Source: Macrostomum lignano (taxonomy: Eukaryota). Taken from it: a stretch of DNA of 64,000 nt. Where the stretch lies: the NCBI GenBank assembly GCA_002269645.1, contig NIVC01001025.1, forward strand, positions 62,001 through 126,000, written 5' to 3'. The notes beneath the pieces were generated by a model that saw only the letters and a program-made list of their open reading frames with translations, was not told the origin of the DNA and did no database searches. Within the stretch, counting starts at the first letter, position 1. Each line of letters opens with the position of its first letter. This document shows, piece after piece, positions 12,250 through 24,919 of this stretch. Made by a program: the position numbers and the translations under genes.

Positions 12250-12899
12250 TCACTCGGAACTGGCATCCATCGGCGCCGCGGCTGAATGGCTGTCCTCCTC
12301 CTCGGGCCGGCACACCTCGGGCAGGTAGTAGGTGTCGAAGTGCCAGTAGCGATCGCGCACTCCCTGCCACAACTTGGCGTCGTCCACTTTGACCGGAAGC
12401 GGCCGGAAGGTGCACCGCAGGCCGAGCCGGAGCAGCCGCAGTCGGACAACTTCGCAGGCGACTGCGTGGAAGAAGACATTGTCCGGGCACATGCCATTGT
12501 AGAAGGCGTAGCGGCCGCCGAGCGCCAGCAGCCGGGGCAGGTGGGCGTGAAACGAGTGCAAGTCAAGGTCGTCCTCGGCGTACGTGTCGAAGAAGACGCC
12601 GTCGAACGGGCCAAGGTCGGCGACGACGTCCTGCCAGCGGCCGGACACGATCCGGACGCCGGGCTTGTCCGGCCAGCCTTGGTGGCGCATTCTGGCCAGA
12701 ACGTCCGGATGCGCTTCAACAATGGTGTGGCTGGCCGGGCCGAGTTTCTGCAGCTCGGTGTCTACGATGCCCATGCCGAAGCCGACGTTCAGGACGCGCA
12801 GGCCGGGCCGCGGGCAGATGTAGCTGGCGTGTCGCTCCATGAGCGGCTGCTCCCAGGCCATCATGACGGCGTAGCCTTCGCCGTCGAGTAGCAGGTCGC
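12250..12899 (-). CDS. RMT2: RMT2 exon 2: GAMT-like SAM-dependent methyltransferase domain
   Basis: CCCGCAG|GC GAC, phase 1; DLLLDGEGYAVMMAWEQPLMERHA, VLNVGFGMGIVD, HTIVEAHPDV, FDGVFFDTYAE and YFNG-like FYNG motifs typical of Rmt2. Confidence 0.9.
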
Positions 12900-12970
12900 C
12901 TGCGGGGGGGCACGGAGGTGGGAGGGTAAATTTAAACTGATAGTCTGGCTCTGCCAGGTTGAAGCGGTGG

Positions 12971-13258
12971 GAGCCATTCCGCCCCTGTCAGCCAAGCCAT
13001 TCCGCCCCTGTCAGCCAAGCCATTCCGCCCCTGTCAGCCAAGCCATTCCGCCCCTGTCAGCCAAGCCATTCCGCCCTTGTCAGCCAAGCCATTCCGCCCC
13101 TGTCAGCCAAGCCATTCCGCCCCTGTCAGCCAAGCCATACCGCCCTTGTCAGCCAAGCCATTCCGCCCCTGTCAGCCAAGCCATTCCGCCCCTGTCAGCC
13201 AAGCCATTCCGCCCCTGTCAGCCAAGCCATTCCGCCCCTGTCAGCCAAGCCATTCCGC
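12971..13258. repeat. 23-bp minisatellite (AGCCATTCCGCCCCTGTCAGCCA), about 13 copies, in the RMT2 intron
   Basis: Units at 12972, 12995 and onward. Confidence 0.95.
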
Positions 13259-13288
13259 ACTTCAGTTATAAGCCAACCAAGCTCTCAC

Positions 13289-13805
13289 CGCCGCCACAAT
13301 AGGTGAGCCGCTGGCGCATGTACTCGCGCTGCAGCTCGGTGACGCCCAGAGCGCGCTCCCCGCTGAGCAGTGCGCCAAGGAGCAGCTCAGAAGCAGCCGC
13401 GTGATTCAGCAGCAGGTCCACAACGGCCTGGTGCCCATTACAAGTGGCGTACTCGCCGGCACAATGGTACTGGCGATCAACAGCGTTCCAGGGAGCGCCA
13501 TTGTCCAGCAGGCAGCGGACTGTGTCGGCGCTGCCAGAGGCTGCGGCTGCCATCAGCACGGACATGCCGGTGCGGTGGTCCTGGTAGCACGGATCGGCGC
13601 CCGTCTCCGCTAGTAGGCGGCGAACCGTCTTCACGTCACCTTTGCTAGCAGCCAGCACCAGCTGGACATCGTCCGGAGACGGCTCCCAGCAGGTGGCGGA
13701 TTCCTCCTCAACTGGACAGTCACCGTTGCTGCCGTCCGGAGGCTGCCGGGACGGCGAGGCTGCCTTGCGTTTGCGCGACTCCACTGTTGACGTCTCGGCT
13801 TCCAT
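13289..13805 (-). CDS. RMT2: RMT2 exon 1: N-terminal ankyrin repeats
   Basis: ATG at 13805; LVLAASKGDVKTVRRLL, LMAAAASGSADTVRCLLDNGAPWNAVD..AGEYA (Rmt2 ankyrin signature); ends GGC G|GTGAGA, phase 1. Joined CDS is 388 aa. Confidence 0.9.
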
Positions 13806-13842
13806 GCGGGTGCGCGGGCATCGAAGCGAAATTTGGGACACT

Positions 13843-14704
13843 TTGCAACAGCCTGCACCTGTCTATAGAGTTGCTGCAACTGCCTGCACCTGTCTATAGA
13901 GTTGGTGCAACTGCCTGCACCTGTCTATAGAGTTGCTGCAACAGCCTGCACCTGTCTATAGAGTTGGTGCAACTGCCTGCACCTGTCTATAGAGTTGGTG
14001 CAACTGCCTGCACCTGTCTATAGAGTTGCTGCAACTGCCTGCACCTGTCTATAGAGTTGCTGCAACTGCCTGCACCTGTCTATAGAGTTGGTGCAACTGC
14101 CTGCACCTGTCTATAGAGTTGCTGCAACTGCCTGCACCTGTCTATAGAGTTGCTGCAACAGCCTGCACCTGTCTATAGAGTTGCTGCAACTGCCTGCACC
14201 TGTCTATAGAGTTGCTGCAACTGCCTGCACCTGTCTATAGAGTTGCTGCAACTGCCTGCACCTGTCTATAGAGTTGGTGCAACTGCCTGCACCTGTCTAT
14301 AGAGTTGCTGCAACAGCCTGCACCTGTCTATAGAGTTGCTGCAACAGCCTGCACCTGTCTATAGAGTTGCTGCAACAGCCTGCACCTGTCTATAGAGTTG
14401 CTGCAACTGCCTGCACCTGTCTATAGAGTTGGTGCAACTGCCTGCACCTGTCTATAGAGTTGCTGCAACAGCCTGCACCTGTCTATAGAGTTGGTGCAAC
14501 TGCCTGCACCTGTCTATAGAGTTGGTGCAACTGCCTGCACCTGTCTATAGAGTTGGTGCAACTGCCTGCACCTGTCTATAGAGTTGGTGCAACTGCCTGC
14601 ACCTGTCTATAGAGTTGGTGCAACTGCCTGCACCTGTCTATAGAGTTGCTGCAACTGCCTGCACCTGTCTATAGAGTTGGTGCAACAGCCTGCACCTGTC
14701 TATA
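13843..14704. repeat. 31-bp minisatellite (GCAACTGCCTGCACCTGTCTATAGAGTTGCT), about 27 copies, immediately upstream of RMT2
   Basis: Units at 13851, 13882 and onward. Confidence 0.96.
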
Positions 14705-15114
14705 GTTTCTTTAGCAGCCTGCTTTCTAATCTCGAGACTCTGCAACCAACCTGCACTGCAAGAGAAATGATGAGTTAAATAAAACAAGATTAATGCATAG
14801 CATAATGCATCATGTTTTCATCATACTGAAGTACATTGCGCGAAAGTTGACAAACACGACAAAATATGAGATTTACGTTGTTGACATTATAATGTATTTG
14901 ACGGTACATGACTGTACATGAATATTTTATTATACATCAAGATCCAACCGCGTCAGAGGCCGCAGGAAGCAGCAGGTATACATCTAGATATACCAAGACA
15001 GGTCGCAATAGTAGGCAATAAGCTTATTACAATAGAAAATTATTTTTAAAGAGGTGAAGAAGAGATTGCCGACATAGGGAAATTTCTAAGAAATGTTCTG
15101 TAAGAGGCATGGCA

Positions 15115-17748
15115 GGAGCAGGCAGACACAAAAGACAGGAGTTCAGAGAGGACCAGACAGACACAAGAGACAGGAGTTCAGAGAGGACCAGACAGACACA
15201 AGAGACAGGAGTTCAGAGAGGACCAGACAGACACAAGAGACAGGAGTTCAGAGAGGACCAGGCAGACACAAGAGACAGGAATTCAGAGGGAACCAGACGG
15301 ACACAAGAGACAGGAGTTCAGAGAGGACCAGACAGACACAAGAGACAGGAATTCAGAGGGAACCAGACGGACACAAGAGACAGGAGTTCAGAGAGGACCA
15401 GGCAGACACAAGAGACAGGAGTTCAGAGAGGACCAGGCAGACACAAGAGACAGGAATTCAGAGGGAACCAGACGGACACAAGAGACAGGAGTTCAGAGAG
15501 GACCAGACAGACACAAGAGACAGGAGTTCAGAGAGGACCAGGCAGACACAAGAGACAGGAGTTCAGAGAGGACCAGGCAGACACAAGAGACAGGAATTCA
15601 GAGGGAACCAGACGGACACAAGAGACAGGAGTTCAGAGAGGACCAGGCAGACACAAGAGACAAGTTCAGAGGGAACCAGACAGACACAAGAAACAGGTTC
15701 AGAGGGAACCAGACAGACACAAGAAACAGGTTCAGAGGGAACCAGACAGACACAAGAAACAGGTTCAGAGGGAACCAGACAGACACAAGAGACAGGAGTT
15801 CAGAGGGAACCAGACAGACACAAGAAACAGGTTCAGAGGGAACCAGACAGACACAAGAAACAGGTTCAGAGGGAACCAGACAGACACAAGAAACAGGTTC
15901 AGAGGGAACCAGACAGACACAAGAGACAGGAGTTCAGAGGGAACCAGACAGACACAAGAGACAGGAATTCAGAGGGAACCAGACAGACACAAGAGACAGG
16001 AATTCAGAGGGAACCAGACAGACACAAGAGGCAGGAGTTCAGAGAGGACCAGACAGACACAAGAGACAGGAGTTCAGAGAGGACCAGGCAGACACAAGAG
16101 ACAAGTTCAGAGGGAACCAGACAGACACAAGAAACAGGTTCAGAGGGAACCAGACAGACACAAGAAACAGGTTCAGAGGGAACCAGACAGACACAAGAAA
16201 CAGGTTCAGAGGGAACCAGACAGACACAAGAGACAGGAGTTCAGAGGGAACCAGACAGACACAAGAAACAGGTTCAGAGGGAACCAGACAGACACAAGAA
16301 ACAGGTTCAGAGGGAACCAGACAGACACAAGAAACAGGTTCAGAGGGAACCAGACAGACACAAGAAACAGGTTCAGAGGGAACCAAACAGACACAAGAAA
16401 CAGGTTCAGAGGGAACCAGACAGACACAAGAAACAGGTTCAGAGGGAACCAGACAGACACAAGAGACAGGAGTTCAGAGGGAACCAGACAGACACAAGAA
16501 ACAGGTTCAGAGGGAACCAGACAGACACAAGAAACAGGTTCAGAGGGAACCAGACAGACACAAGAAACAGGTTCAGAGGAACCAGACAGACACAAGAAAC
16601 AGGTTCAGAGGGAACCAGACAGACACAAGAGACAGGAGTTCAGAGGGAACCAGACAGACACAAGAAACAGGTTCAGAGGGAACCAGACAGACACAAGAAA
16701 CAGGTTCAGAGGGAACCAGACAGACACAAGAAACAGGTTCAGAGGGAACCAGACAGACACAAGAGACAGGAGTTCAGAGGGAACCAGACAGACACAAGAG
16801 ACAGGAATTCAGAGGGAACCAGACAGACACAAGAGACAGGAATTCAGAGGGAACCAGACAGACACAAGAGGCAGGAGTTCAGAGAGGACCAGACAGACAC
16901 AAGAGACAGGAGTTCAGAGAGGACCAGGCAGACACAAGAGACAAGTTCAGAGGGAACCAGACAGACACAAGAAACAGGTTCAGAGGGAACCAGACAGACA
17001 CAAGAAACAGGTTCAGAGGGAACCAGACAGACACAAGAAACAGGTTCAGAGGGAACCAGACAGACACAAGAGACAGGAGTTCAGAGGGAACCAGACAGAC
17101 ACAAGAAACAGGTTCAGAGGGAACCAGACAGACACAAGAGACAGGAGTTCAGAGGGAACCAGACAGACACAAGAAACAGGTTCAGAGGGAACCAGACAGA
17201 CACAAGAAACAGGTTCAGAGGGAACCAGACAGACACAAGAAACAGGTTCAGAGGGAACCAGACAGACACAAGAAACAGGTTCAGAGGGAACCAGACAGAC
17301 ACAAGAAACAGGTTCAGAGGGAACCAGACAGACACAAGAAACAGGTTCAGAGGGAACCAGACAGACACAAGAAACAGGTTCAGAGGGAACCAAACAGACA
17401 CAAGAAACAGGTTCAGAGGGAACCAGACAGACACAAGAAACAGGTTCAGAGGGAACCAGACAGACACAAGAAACAGGTTCAGAGGGAACCAGACAGACAC
17501 AAGAAACAGGTTCAGAGGGAACCAGACAGACACAAGAGACAGGAGTTCAGAGGGAACCAGACAGACACAAGAGACAGGAATTCAGAGGAACCAGACAGAC
17601 ACAAGAGACAGGAATTCAGAGGGAACCAGACAGACACAAGAGACAGGAGTTCAGAGAGGACCAGACAGACACAAGAGACAAGTTCAGAGGGAACCAGACA
17701 GACACAAGAGACAAGTTCAGAGGGAACCAGACGGACACAAGAGACAGG
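15115..17748. repeat. Compound 33/35-bp purine-rich minisatellite (CAGACAGACACAAGAAACAGGTTCAGAGGGAAC and variants)
   Basis: Direct inspection. A block of more than 300 bp is duplicated at an 840-bp offset (15961 vs 16801). Confidence 0.96.
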
Positions 17749-17839
17749 ATAGAACTACAAAAGTTGATCTGCTGCCCCAAGAATCTGCAGTCCATCCTCA
17801 CTCCAGCAGAAGCAGATTAGCAATGAATGGCAGAACAAA

Positions 17840-18337
17840 TCAAACGCCAGATCGCTTGGCGCTAGGCCGCTGCAGCACCGCTCGCATGCCGCCGCCTTTG
17901 ACAGAATGAAACCGCTGCGCCTGGGCGCTGTCCACCGCCCAAGGATTGTCCGTCCCGGTTGTGTCCTGATCAACCAGATGCGTGTACTTTGTCCGGCCAG
18001 CCCGGCCAAAGTTCTTCACCTGCATAACCTTGGGCAACACGCTCTTGTCAAAGTGGTCCTCCAGCGTTGGCTTGGTGACGTCGCGGCGCAACAAGTCGTT
18101 GTCGCCGTCCAAGAAGAAAGCGCCGCGGTGGTAGTACTTCTGCAGATACTTGTACTTGCCTTTGTCCGCCTTGTTGTCGATTACCTTCGGCCGTCTGCGC
18201 TGCTCGGCCAGCCGCTCCTCTTCCGTCATGTTGCGCAGCCGCTGCAGCTCCTCCTGCTCCCGCTGGCGGGCCTCGCGTTCCTCTCTGTCGCGCTTCAGCC
18301 GCTTCAGCTCGCGCAGCTTCCACGCCTCATAGGCCAC
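17840..18337 (-). CDS. MFAP1: MFAP1 exon 2 (spliceosomal B-complex protein MFAP1/Spp381, C-terminal domain)
   Basis: CCTCAG|GTG, phase 0; YEAWKLRELKRLKRDREER, YLQKYYHRGAFF, DHFDKSVLPKVMQVKNFGRAGRTKYTHLVDQDTT. Confidence 0.95.
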   Translation of the reverse strand: MAYEAWKLRELKRLKRDREEREARQREQEELQRLRNMTEEERLAEQRRRPKVIDNKADKGKYKYLQKYYHRGAFFLDGDNDLLRRDVTKPTLEDHFDKSVLPKVMQVKNFGRAGRTKYTHLVDQDTTGTDNPWAVDSAQAQRFHSVKGGGMRAVLQRPSAKRSGV

Positions 18338-18409
18338 CTGAGGTGCGGGAAATGTTTGAAATAGCAAACCATTGTAGAAAAGCATCTTGTATGACATCAC
18401 ACAAAAGAA

Positions 18410-18845
18410 GAGATTGTTTCCAGATCCTGTACTAGAGAAGATTCTTGCCCCATCTTCTAGGAGAAGAGATTGTTTCCAAAGCTTGTACTAGAAAAAATCA
18501 TTGTCCCATCTTCTAGAAGACATTGTTTCCAGATCTTGTACTAAAAACGATTCTTGTCACCTCTTTTAGGAGAAGAGAAGACCATTTTTAGCAGATGGAT
18601 TGTTTCCAGATCTTGTACGTAAGAAAAGTCTTTTAAGATATTTTTGAAGATGAAATTTGTCTCTCTCTACATCTTTTAGGATAGGGATTTTTTCTAAATC
18701 TTCATCTAGTAGATCTCCTTAGATATTCGATTCTAGGAAATAAGATTTCTTCCAAGATCTTTGAGAAGAGAAAATTTTCCTATCTGCTAAAAGAGAAGAA
18801 TCTAGCTTCCCAGATCTACTAGGAGAAGAGAAAACAACAGATGGA
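18410..18845. repeat. Degenerate AT-rich repeats (AGAAGAGATTGTTTCCAGATCTTGTACTAG-like) in the MFAP1 intron
   Basis: Recurrent ATTGTTTCCAGATC(C/T)TGTACT motif. Confidence 0.6.
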
Positions 18846-18872
18846 ACTAAATGCATGAGCTGCCGCTCAGAC

Positions 18873-19982
18873 CTCGTCGTCCTCTTCGTCGGCCGAATCG
18901 ACGTTGTCGAACGCTGCAGCCAGGGCCTTCGCCTCCTCGGCCTCTTGGCGCGCCTCCGCCCGCACGAGTTGCAGCGTGGTCGAACGCCGCTCCTCGGCCA
19001 CGTACGACGGCGTTTCCGTTGATGCCACAGCCGACGCGCCGCCGGTGGGAGCTTCGCTGGCGCTAGCGGGCACGGCCGGGCCCTGCTGGCCGACTGTGAC
19101 CCGGTCGCGCCGGCGGACAAACACCGGCTTGAGCCGCGGCTGGGCCTCGTCCTCGTCGCTGGTGTACTCCTCCTCAGTTAATTCCTCGTCTCCGTCGCTG
19201 CCAGCGCCGCTGCTGCCGCTGCCGGCCGCGCCGCCCTCTTCCTGGCGGGCCATCAGTTCCTCTTCGACTTCGCGCTGCTTGGCGCGCATCCGCAGCATCG
19301 CGCGCCGGTGTTCCAGCTCGGCCTCGTCCAGCTGCTCTTCGTCGTCTTCGTTGGCGCCACCGCCGGCAGCGGCGGAGCCTCTCTGCTGTTGCTGCTGCTG
19401 CTGGTGATGGTGATCGTAGCCGCCAACGTCGGCGACGGCCTCGCCGCGGTAGCGCCGGTGCCGCTCAAGCCGGTCCAGCTCCTCCTCGTCGGAGTCGTCC
19501 GAGTAGCCCGACCCGTCGTCGTCGCCGGCCTCCGAGTCGTCTTCGTCGTCGTCTTCGTCGGCTGCAGCTCCTCGGCGGCGGCGTCGGCCGGCGCGCGATC
19601 CGGCCGCCGCCATCAGGCGTTGAAGCCGACGATCGCGCGGATCGGCCGTCAACTCGGACACGGCCGGCCTGGCTGACGGGTGTCCGGCCGCGACCGGTTC
19701 TCTCCTTGGACGAACGAACGGGTCGTCGCCTGAGGCGGCGGACGCTCGCGGGCGCCTGTCCAGCTGCTCGCCCTGCTGCTCGTCGTCATAGTCGGAGTCG
19801 TCCTCGCCGCCGCCGCCAGCGCCGCCGTCGCCAAAGTCCGGCCGCTTGCCGGCTACGTAGCGCTTCACTTTCACTTTTTCTAAGTACATCTCGCCCTTCT
19901 CTGTGCGCACTGGCACCGCGCCAGCCGTGCTGAGCACCGGGACTCGGGAGCGCCAATTGGCCAGATTTCTGCGGAAGCTCAT
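18873..19982 (-). CDS. MFAP1: MFAP1 exon 1
   Basis: ATG at 19982; STAGAVPVRTEKGE..EKVKVKRYVAGKRPD and PRLKPVFVRRRDRVT are MFAP1 motifs; ends GAG|GTCTGA, phase 0. Joined CDS is about 535 aa. Confidence 0.93.
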
Positions 19983-20189
19983 TGCTGCTCCTAGTAGCTT
20001 CAATTAATATGTGTTGATTGTCTGCTGTCTCTGTCTAGATTTTCTAGCGAGATTCAAATGTTCTTCAGCAGAAATACGAAATGGCAGTGAAATGGCGTCA
20101 GAATTCATGGTAGATTAGTGCAGTGAATGATGAAATTTTGAGCCCCATAGCAAGACGGGCTTGTTTATTAGGGATTAGCGTTAGTTGAG

Positions 20190-20700
20190 GGAAGAATTTC
20201 CCACTTTAAGTGATATAGGGAATTTCCTACTCAAACAAGAGAATTTTTTCTTCGAAAATGGAATTTCTTATTTAAAGAAATGAAGTTCCCATCCAAAGAA
20301 GGGAATTCCAACTTAAAGAATGGAATTTCTTACTCAAAGAAGGGAATATTCAACCCAAAAAGGGAATTTCCCACTCAAAGAAGATAATTTCTTACTCAAA
20401 GAAGGAAATTTACAACTGAAAGAAGGGAATTTCCCACTCAAAGGGAATTTTTCACTCAAATAAGGGAATTTTCACTCAAAGAAGGGAATTTCTTACTCAA
20501 AGAAGGGAATTTTTCACTCAAAGAAGGGAGTTTTTCACTCAAAGAAGGGAATTTTTCACTCAAAGAGGGGAATTTTTCACTCAAAGAAGGGAATTTTTCA
20601 CTCAAAGAAATGAAGTTCCCATCCAAAGGGAACTTTCCACCCAAGGCAGGAATTTCTCACTTAAAGAAGGGAATTACCCACTCAAAATAGGAGAATTACT
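20190..20700. repeat. Degenerate 21-bp minisatellite (AAGAAGGGAATTTTTCACTCA)
   Basis: Homogeneous core at 20440-20610 with degenerate edges. Confidence 0.85.
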
Positions 20701-21644
20701 TATTAAAAAAGAAAGAGTATAATTTCAATCCTGATGTTAATGGTAGATTTTTTCACTCTAATAAGTAGACTAAGATTCGAATTAAAGACGAATAATTGAA
20801 AAAAAGGTTTAAAAATCGATTCAATATAGCGAGTTTAAACAGACGTTATAACATCAAAGTATATTTATATAGCTAAATAATAACAAGTGTACAAGTACAG
20901 GTAAATAGCGCTCGAGAATAGAAGGCCAAGTCAAGTAGACCATGGCCCGAGATGCATTGATATAGAACTGTGCACAGATAAAGTTTTAATCGCGATGACT
21001 GAGCTGCATGACGGATGATGATGAGGGAAATCAATGGCATCAACTATGCGAGTCAGTGAGCATCATAAATCATCACCATTCACTTAGGGCAATACGTCGT
21101 AGTAGCCCTCAGACCTAAAAAATTGCAATAAGAAACCTAGCAAGCTATAAAACACAATTTAGCGGAAATACTGAACTGCATATATTTATGATTCTGTTTC
21201 TATAGCAACAAGTTCATAAGGCGCGTGCTCGAGTATAGAAAAGACCGGGTTAGTTTAGTATAGTACAAATGAGGTGATTGACACCTGTGATAGAATAAAT
21301 AGTTCCACAAAGGTCATGTTGCTGTGCTCCATCTGTGCGATCATTCAGCAGTAATAAAACTGTACAAGGTGAGAGAGAGTATAGATAAGCTACTAACAGT
21401 AGCAAAAGATGACACAATTAAAATAAATAGGTGAAGCAGCAGTTAAGAGAGGTAACACAAGTGCGCTAATAAATGCTATAATACGAGCTGCATTTACTAA
21501 TAAATAGATGATAAATATTATATAAAACTACTAAATCCGACTGATAAGTCATGTTAAGATTGCAATTTCGCATTTTCAACACTGAAGTCGTAATCCTCGA
21601 GTTAGAATCGGACATTTGAACCTACCCTAGCAACCATCAGCTGG

Positions 21645-21942
21645 TAAAACTGGCTACCCTAGCAACCAACAGCTGGTAAAACTGGCTACCCTAGCAACCA
21701 TCAGCTGGTAAAACTGGCTACCCTAGCAACCATCAGCTGGTAAAACTGGCTACCCTAGCAACCATCAGCTGGTAAAACTGGCTACCCTAGCAACCATCAG
21801 CTGGTAAAACTGGCTACCCTAGCAACCATCAGCTGGTAAACCAGGGCTACCCTAGCAACCATCAGCTGGTAAAACTGGCTACCCTAGCAACCATCAGCTG
21901 GTAAACCTTCACCTGGGCTACCCTAGCAACCATCAGCTGGTG
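21645..21942. repeat. 32-bp minisatellite (CCCTAGCAACCATCAGCTGGTAAAACTGGCTA), about 9 copies
   Basis: Units at 21661, 21693 and onward. Confidence 0.95.
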
Positions 21943-22785
21943 AATCCGAGTTCTAGGTATTCCAATCCCAAATTTATCTAAAAAAACTGACTCGCTTGTC
22001 AATCAATCTCTTATGGCGAATTGAAAAAGGCAAATATACCAATCAACTAAGAGCGGGACACACGAGACCAGAAAAGTGAACATCAACAACTTAATGATAT
22101 ATTATTATTATTAATTTTGTGATACATCAATAGCGGCCAAATAAAAATCATATTACAAAGTGATAATCGATAGCGCAATAAAATAAAATAAAAGCATATG
22201 ATATGTATACATTAAGCGTACCAGTTATTAACCTTTGATTTTCTTGCAGCTCTATCAGTTTTGTTAATAATTATCATTTGGCTTCTGCTTCGACAAGCCT
22301 TTACTTAATGTTCATCTGTTATTAGTTATTCGGAATTTAAAATACAGCTAGGCAGACAAGCGGATAGGTTAAAATAAAACATATAACAATTGAAGGCCAC
22401 CCAGGTGAACTAAAGGTTTAAATACTAATTAATATAAGCGTGCATCATGAGTATAGATGATGACGATGGGCACAACTGACAATTAATTTGAGTTCAAGCA
22501 TAAATACAATGATAAAAATAGGACTCAAAAAACGCAAAACGTCTGTGATTCTATGTGCCTGTGTACATGCACTTTAGCGCGCCGCCAAGACAGACTGAGG
22601 TAACGGAGGGTGACAACACGGCATTTACACGCAAGCCCCGAAGAAAACGCTACCCAGGCCAAGAAGCGTCCCAGAGTCACTTGCAGGAAAGAAGTGACTC
22701 CGCAGACGATTCCGAAACGACGAGATGTCACAGTACAAGTCGCCCGAAAGTCGTCAAAGAGTGCACATTTTTCCATTGGTCAATT

Positions 22786-23678
22786 TCCCATGACCTGAAC
22801 TATTTCGATGACCTGACCCATTTCGATGACCTGACCCATTTCGATGACCTGACCCATTTTCCATGACCTGACCTATTTCGATGACCTGACCCATTTCCAA
22901 GACCTGACCTATTTTCCATGACCTGACCCATTTCGATGACCTGACCCATTTTCAATGATCTGACACATTTCCATGACTTGACCCATTTTCCATGATCTGA
23001 CACATTTCCATGACTTGACCCATTTTCATGACTTGACCCATTTCGATGACCTGACCCATTTTCAATGATCTGACACATTTCCATGACTTGACCCATTTCC
23101 ATGACTTGACCCATTTTCCATGATCTGACACATTTCCATGACTTGACCCATTTCGATGACCTGACCCATTTTCAATGATCTGACACATTTCCATGACTTG
23201 ACCCATTTCCATGACTTGACCCATTTCCATGACCTGACCTATTTCCCATGACCTGACCCATTTCAATGACTTGACCCATTTCGATGACCTGACCCATTTT
23301 CAATGATCTGACACATTTCCATGACTTGACCCATTTCCATGACTTGACCCATTTCCATGACCTGACCTATTTCCCATGACCTGACCCATTTCAATGACTT
23401 GACCCATTTCGATGACCTGACCCATTTCCATGACCTGACCAATTTCCATGACTTGACCCATTTCCATGACCTGACCCATTTCGATGACCTGACCCATTTT
23501 CCATGATCTGACACATTTCCATGACTTGACCCATTTCCATGACTTGACCCATTTCTATGACCTGACCAATTTCCATGACTTGACCCATTTCAATGACCTG
23601 ACCCATTTTCCGTGACCTGACCTATTTCGATGACCTGACCCATTTCCATGACCTGACCCATTTCGATGACCTGACCCA
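22786..23678. repeat. 18/19-bp minisatellite (TTTCCATGACCTGACCCA)
   Basis: Direct inspection. Confidence 0.95.
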
Positions 23679-23901
23679 TAGTGAAAGTTAAGCGCCTACA
23701 AAACGACTTTTGGATGACTCTTTCGCGCCTCTTTTATACGATTGCACAACTCACTTGTGACGCAACAATCGCCTCTAACTACGCGAATCACTAGCGAGTT
23801 GTTTGCAACGACCTTTTTAGCGAGTCTTCAACGTTTTCAACGGGAGCGAAACAAGTCAGTGTACAACAGTTAGACAGAGACTATACAAGAGTCGATACAG
23901 A

Positions 23902-24896
23902 CTAGGCATTGAAGCTGAGCATAACCTCCAGCCAGCAGGGACAATAGATGATGTCCTGTCTCTGATAGGCCGCTCCGAAGCCTTTCACAAAGCTCAGGCG
24001 GACAGTGAACGGGTCGGCGGCGGCCGGGGAGCACAGCTGGTTCAGCTGGCCGAGGCGGCGGGCCCGGCACAGCAGTCCGGCAGCTGAAGAGTCGAAAGCC
24101 TTCAAGCAGTAGCCAGGCGGCAGCTTCACGGCCTGATAGGGCCCGGCGCTAGATGCCGCCGCGGATGACAACGACAGAGGCTGCAACGTCGGCGAGTGGA
24201 CAAACACGGCGTGCTCGGATTGATTGAAGATCACCAGCTCCGTGGCGTCCGTCGCCGCGTCGTCGCCAACGTCGTCGTTATTGACGTCCCCATCGCTGTC
24301 GTCTTCGAATTCGAACTGGCATCGCTTCTGACGGTGCTGTCGTCGGCGTCGACGTCGGCGCCGTACCAGCGCCACCCCGGCGCCAATTTTGGCGCGAGTC
24401 TTGGCGGCCTGTCTGGCCAATTCGCCATCGGGATCGACGGCTACGCCGGCGGGAACGGCAGCGGCGGCGGTTGCAGCGGCGGCCGACAGGGACTCCAGCG
24501 ACATCACGCTGTCGCTTCCGGTTCCGGCTACTGGACCGCGCTGGCAGACGCGGAACACGGAGTCTCGAACCCGGGCTAACTGACCGATCCGGCTGCGGCC
24601 TTCCCAGTAGGCCACTGCGCACCAGTAGGCCTGATGCCGCTGCTCTGACAGGGGTGCATTAACGTTGCCTGCGGTTTCGGCATCCGCCATGGAAGCCGCT
24701 GCGGCAGTGGACGAGTGCGCATCGGACACCGAAGCGGAGTAGCAGCAGCAGCAAGAACAGCAGCTGCAACTGCCGCAGCCTCCGCCGCCGCTGCTGCTGC
24801 CGCCGCTGCAAGTATCCCGATGCTGCTGCTGATGCTGCTGGGCGGCGCTGCTAGTTGTGGTGAGCCAACTTTTGCGGCTGGCCGACAGTAGCGAGT
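23902..24896 (-). CDS. SMAD6/7: Inhibitory Smad (Smad6/7, Dad-like) exon 3: low-complexity linker plus MH2 domain
   Basis: AACCGCAG|AC TCG, phase 1; YWCAVAYWEGRSRIG, VKLPPGYCLKAFD, DPFTVRLSFVKGFGAAYQRQDIIYCPCWLEVML. No C-terminal SSxS, so I-Smad type. Confidence 0.92.
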
Positions 24897-24919
24897 CTGC
24901 GGTTTCAACAGAGGTCAAG

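Noticed and set aside
15093-17909. 938-aa and 903-aa overlapping ORFs
   Set aside because: A purine-rich 33/35-bp repeat lacking stop codons, open in multiple frames and antisense to the 3' flank of MFAP1.
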